Assembly (NCBI GenBank): GCA_964516845.1
Contig: CAZEXP010000005.1
Span: 1,030-65,029 of the forward strand
From: an uncultured bacterium
GTDB taxonomy: Bacteria; Joyebacterota; Joyebacteria; Joyebacterales; Joyebacteraceae
Direction: 5' to 3'
Length of the DNA: 64,000 nucleotides
In this document: positions 61,675-64,000 of the stretch, piece by piece
Numbering within the stretch: position 1 is the stretch's first letter
Layout: every line of letters starts with the position of its first letter
Translations under genes and position numbers: made by a program
The notes under the pieces: generated by a model
The model's database searches: none
What the model saw: only the letters and a program-made list of their open reading frames with translations
Told to the model about the DNA's origin: nothing

Positions 61675-64000
61675 GTGGCACTCGTAAACATGACACTGAA
61701 CGGCACCGATGTGCAGGTCGAGTCGGGGATGACCATCCTCGAGGCGGCGAGCGCGAACGGCATCCGGATCCCGACGCTCTGCCACGACGAGCAACTCGAG
61801 CCGTTTGCATCCTGCTGGATCTGCGCCGTCAAGCTCGAGGGCATGAAACGGTACGTCCCGTCCTGCGGCACGAAGGTTGCCGAGGGGATGAAGGTCTGGA
61901 CGGACACCGAGGACGTTCGCGCCGTCAGACGGATGGCGCTCGAGCTCCTGCTCTCGAATCACCGCGGCGATTGCGTTGCCCCGTGCAAGGAGGCGTGCCC
62001 AGCGAGCGTTGACGTCCAGGGGTACATCGCTCTCATCGCTCAGGGGAGATACCGCGACGCGACGAAGCTGGTCAAGCAGGTCAATCCGTTCCCGCTCTCC
62101 ATCGGCCGCGTCTGCACGCGCCCGTGCGAGGGGGAGTGCCGGCGGAACGCGGTCGACGGACCGGTCTGCATTGATTACCTGAAGCGGTTCGCCGCCGACT
62201 GGGACATCTCACACCCGGATCCCTACTCGCCGCCGGTCGCACCTCCCAGCGGTCACAAGGTCGCCGCCGTAGGCGCCGGTCCAGCGAGCCTGACCGCCGC
62301 GTACTACCTGGCGCAGGCCGGACACGCCGTGACGATCTTCGAGGCGCTTCCCGATCCGGGCGGCATGCTCCGCTACGGCATTCCAGAGTACCGGCTGCCG
62401 AAGCGCACGCTCGACGACGAGATCGGTCTGATCACGGGGCTCGGTGTCGACGTGAAGTACGGGCAAAGGCTGGGATGCGATTTCACGCTCAGTGACCTGT
62501 TCGATCAGGGCTACGAGGCGGTCTTCCTGGGGCTCGGCGCGATGGCGAGCCGCAAGATGCGCTGTCCGGGCGAGGAGCTTGACGGCGTCTGGGCGGGCAC
62601 GGACTTCCTCGGGAAGATGGGCCTCAACGATCCGCCCGCGGTCGGCAGGCACGTCGCCATCATCGGCGGCGGCAACACCGCGGTCGATGCCGCACGGACG
62701 AGCCTGAGGCTCGGCGCCGAGAAGGTGACCATCGTCTACCGGCGCTCCCGCAAGGAGATGCCGGCGTGGGATGTCGAGGTCGACGCGGCGGAGGAGGAGG
62801 GGGTCGAGATGCACTTCCTCGCCGCGCCGACGAAGATCGAAGGCGACGGCAGGTGTGAGCGTCTCGAATTCATCCGCATGGAGCTCGGTGAGCCCGACGA
62901 GAGCGGCCGTCGTCGTCCGGTCCCCGTCGAGGGTTCCGAGTCGGTCATAGATGTCGACAACGTCATCGCGGCCATCGGCCAGCTTCCGAATCTCGACTGC
63001 ATCCAGAAGACGGCGGAGAAGGATCCCGACTCGCTCGAGGCGAAGCTCGGATTGACGCACTGGGGCACGATCATCGCCGACGAGAGGTCCGGGCTGACCG
63101 CGGTTCCCGGCGTCTTCGCCGGAGGCGATGTGGTCAACGGCGCCGCCACGGCCATCGAGGCCATCGCGGCCGGTGGACGCGCGGCCGCGGCCATCATTCG
63201 CATGTTCCGCGGCGAGGCGGTCGACGCCGTCCCGCCGTACTTCAACATTCAGGAGGAACGCTGGGACAGTTTCCCCGCGGAGGAACTCGCGGATGTCGTC
63301 CGCCAGGAGCGCCAGGAGATGCCGGAGCTTCCGGTCGCCGAGCGCATCAAGACCCTGGATGAGGTCGAACTGGGGCTCACCGAGGAGCAGGCGCTCGAAG
63401 AGACGAAGCGCTGTCTCGAGTGCGGTTGTGCCGAGGGGTTCAGCTGTCAGCTTCGGGATTACGCGGCCGAGTACGGTGTCACACTTGGGCGTTTCAGCGG
63501 CGAGGTCGTTTCGGACCCGCCGGACGAGCGCCATCCGTTCATCCGCATCGAGCCGGAGAAGTGCATCATGTGCGGCCGGTGTATCCGCATCTGTCAGGAT
63601 GTTCAGGGCGCATCGGCGCTCGGGTTCTACCGGCGCGGTTTCGTCGCTCAGATGAAGCCCGCGCTGTGCGAGCCGCTGGCGCAGACCGACTGTGAGTCCT
63701 GCGGCCAGTGTGTCGAGTCGTGCCCGACCGGCGCGCTCACTGCGAAGCCCGTGGCCGTCAAGCCGGGTCCGTGGGATCTCGTGTCGACGGTGTCAACATG
63801 CGGCTTCTGCGGCACGGGGTGCTCTGTCGATCTCTGCACGGTGGCGGGAGACCTTGTTTCCATCGCTCCCGCTTCGGGAGTCGGTGTGAACGAGGGCAAC
63901 CTCTGTGTCCGCGGACGGTTCGGATTCCGTGGGGCGCTCGGCGAGAGGATCACGGCGCCGCGCGTCAAGGGGAGCGAGTCATCGTGGGATCGTGCGCTCG
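61675..64000 (+). CDS. Partial NfnA/SfrB-like subunit: NuoG-type [2Fe-2S] + GltD-type FAD/NADPH domain + ferredoxin + start of a molybdopterin-oxidoreductase-like domain
   Basis: Absent from the ORF track because it has no stop in the window. I translated it from GTG 61675 after AGGAGA: IPTLCH...CWIC, APCKEACP, GRVCTRPCEGECRR, VGAGPAS, IGGGNTAVDAAR, CIMCGRCIRIC, CESCGQCVESCP, CGFCGTGC, LCVRGRFG. Confidence 0.93.
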   Translation, partial: MALVNMTLNGTDVQVESGMTILEAASANGIRIPTLCHDEQLEPFASCWICAVKLEGMKRYVPSCGTKVAEGMKVWTDTEDVRAVRRMALELLLSNHRGDCVAPCKEACPASVDVQGYIALIAQGRYRDATKLVKQVNPFPLSIGRVCTRPCEGECRRNAVDGPVCIDYLKRFAADWDISHPDPYSPPVAPPSGHKVAAVGAGPASLTAAYYLAQAGHAVTIFEALPDPGGMLRYGIPEYRLPKRTLDDEIGLITGLGVDVKYGQRLGCDFTLSDLFDQGYEAVFLGLGAMASRKMRCPGEELDGVWAGTDFLGKMGLNDPPAVGRHVAIIGGGNTAVDAARTSLRLGAEKVTIVYRRSRKEMPAWDVEVDAAEEEGVEMHFLAAPTKIEGDGRCERLEFIRMELGEPDESGRRRPVPVEGSESVIDVDNVIAAIGQLPNLDCIQKTAEKDPDSLEAKLGLTHWGTIIADERSGLTAVPGVFAGGDVVNGAATAIEAIAAGGRAAAAIIRMFRGEAVDAVPPYFNIQEERWDSFPAEELADVVRQERQEMPELPVAERIKTLDEVELGLTEEQALEETKRCLECGCAEGFSCQLRDYAAEYGVTLGRFSGEVVSDPPDERHPFIRIEPEKCIMCGRCIRICQDVQGASALGFYRRGFVAQMKPALCEPLAQTDCESCGQCVESCPTGALTAKPVAVKPGPWDLVSTVSTCGFCGTGCSVDLCTVAGDLVSIAPASGVGVNEGNLCVRGRFGFRGALGERITAPRVKGSESSWDRAL

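Noticed and set aside
61675-64000. Selenocysteine recoding
   Set aside because: No in-frame TGA in the visible portion.

Overview
A 64 kb, GC-rich segment of the core chromosome of a diderm, probably anaerobic bacterium. The PorU/PorV, YPNP-type C-terminal-domain cargo and heptose/lipid A genes point to an FCB-related lineage; this is inference. Nearly all genes are on the + strand; only two are on the - strand (47.6-49.0 kb). In order: dnaE, an OM protein, accA, PTS-IIA and a CBS protein; a T9SS-like export/sorting block (PorU, PorV, M6 protease cargo, two paralogous membrane proteins, an NHL propeller, a ~1130-aa barrel, an Omp85); ligA, thiC, exonuclease-DinG; hutU-hutI-ftcD-cyclodeaminase; a lipoprotein; an ECF S-component fused to an OM-barrel-like domain; comEA plus a PilSR-like two-component system; rsmD, coaD, a GlcD-like oxidase, obgE, dprA, DUF362 and an acyltransferase; a DUF4046-like repeat gene; rfaE1/rfaE2; and a long operon of ArcE-like ligase, sucCD, four-subunit 2-oxoacid:ferredoxin oxidoreductase, ndk and a HydABC/Bfu-type NfnABC-like flavoenzyme that runs off the window end. 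I saw no rRNA, tRNA, CRISPR array, integrase or transposase. Top candidates for novelty: (1) the CbrT-like S-component / internal signal peptide / barrel polyprotein, (2) the compact T9SS-like locus, (3) the ArcE-SucCD-Kor-Bfu amino-acid energy operon. All family calls come from motif recognition by eye; no database search was run.
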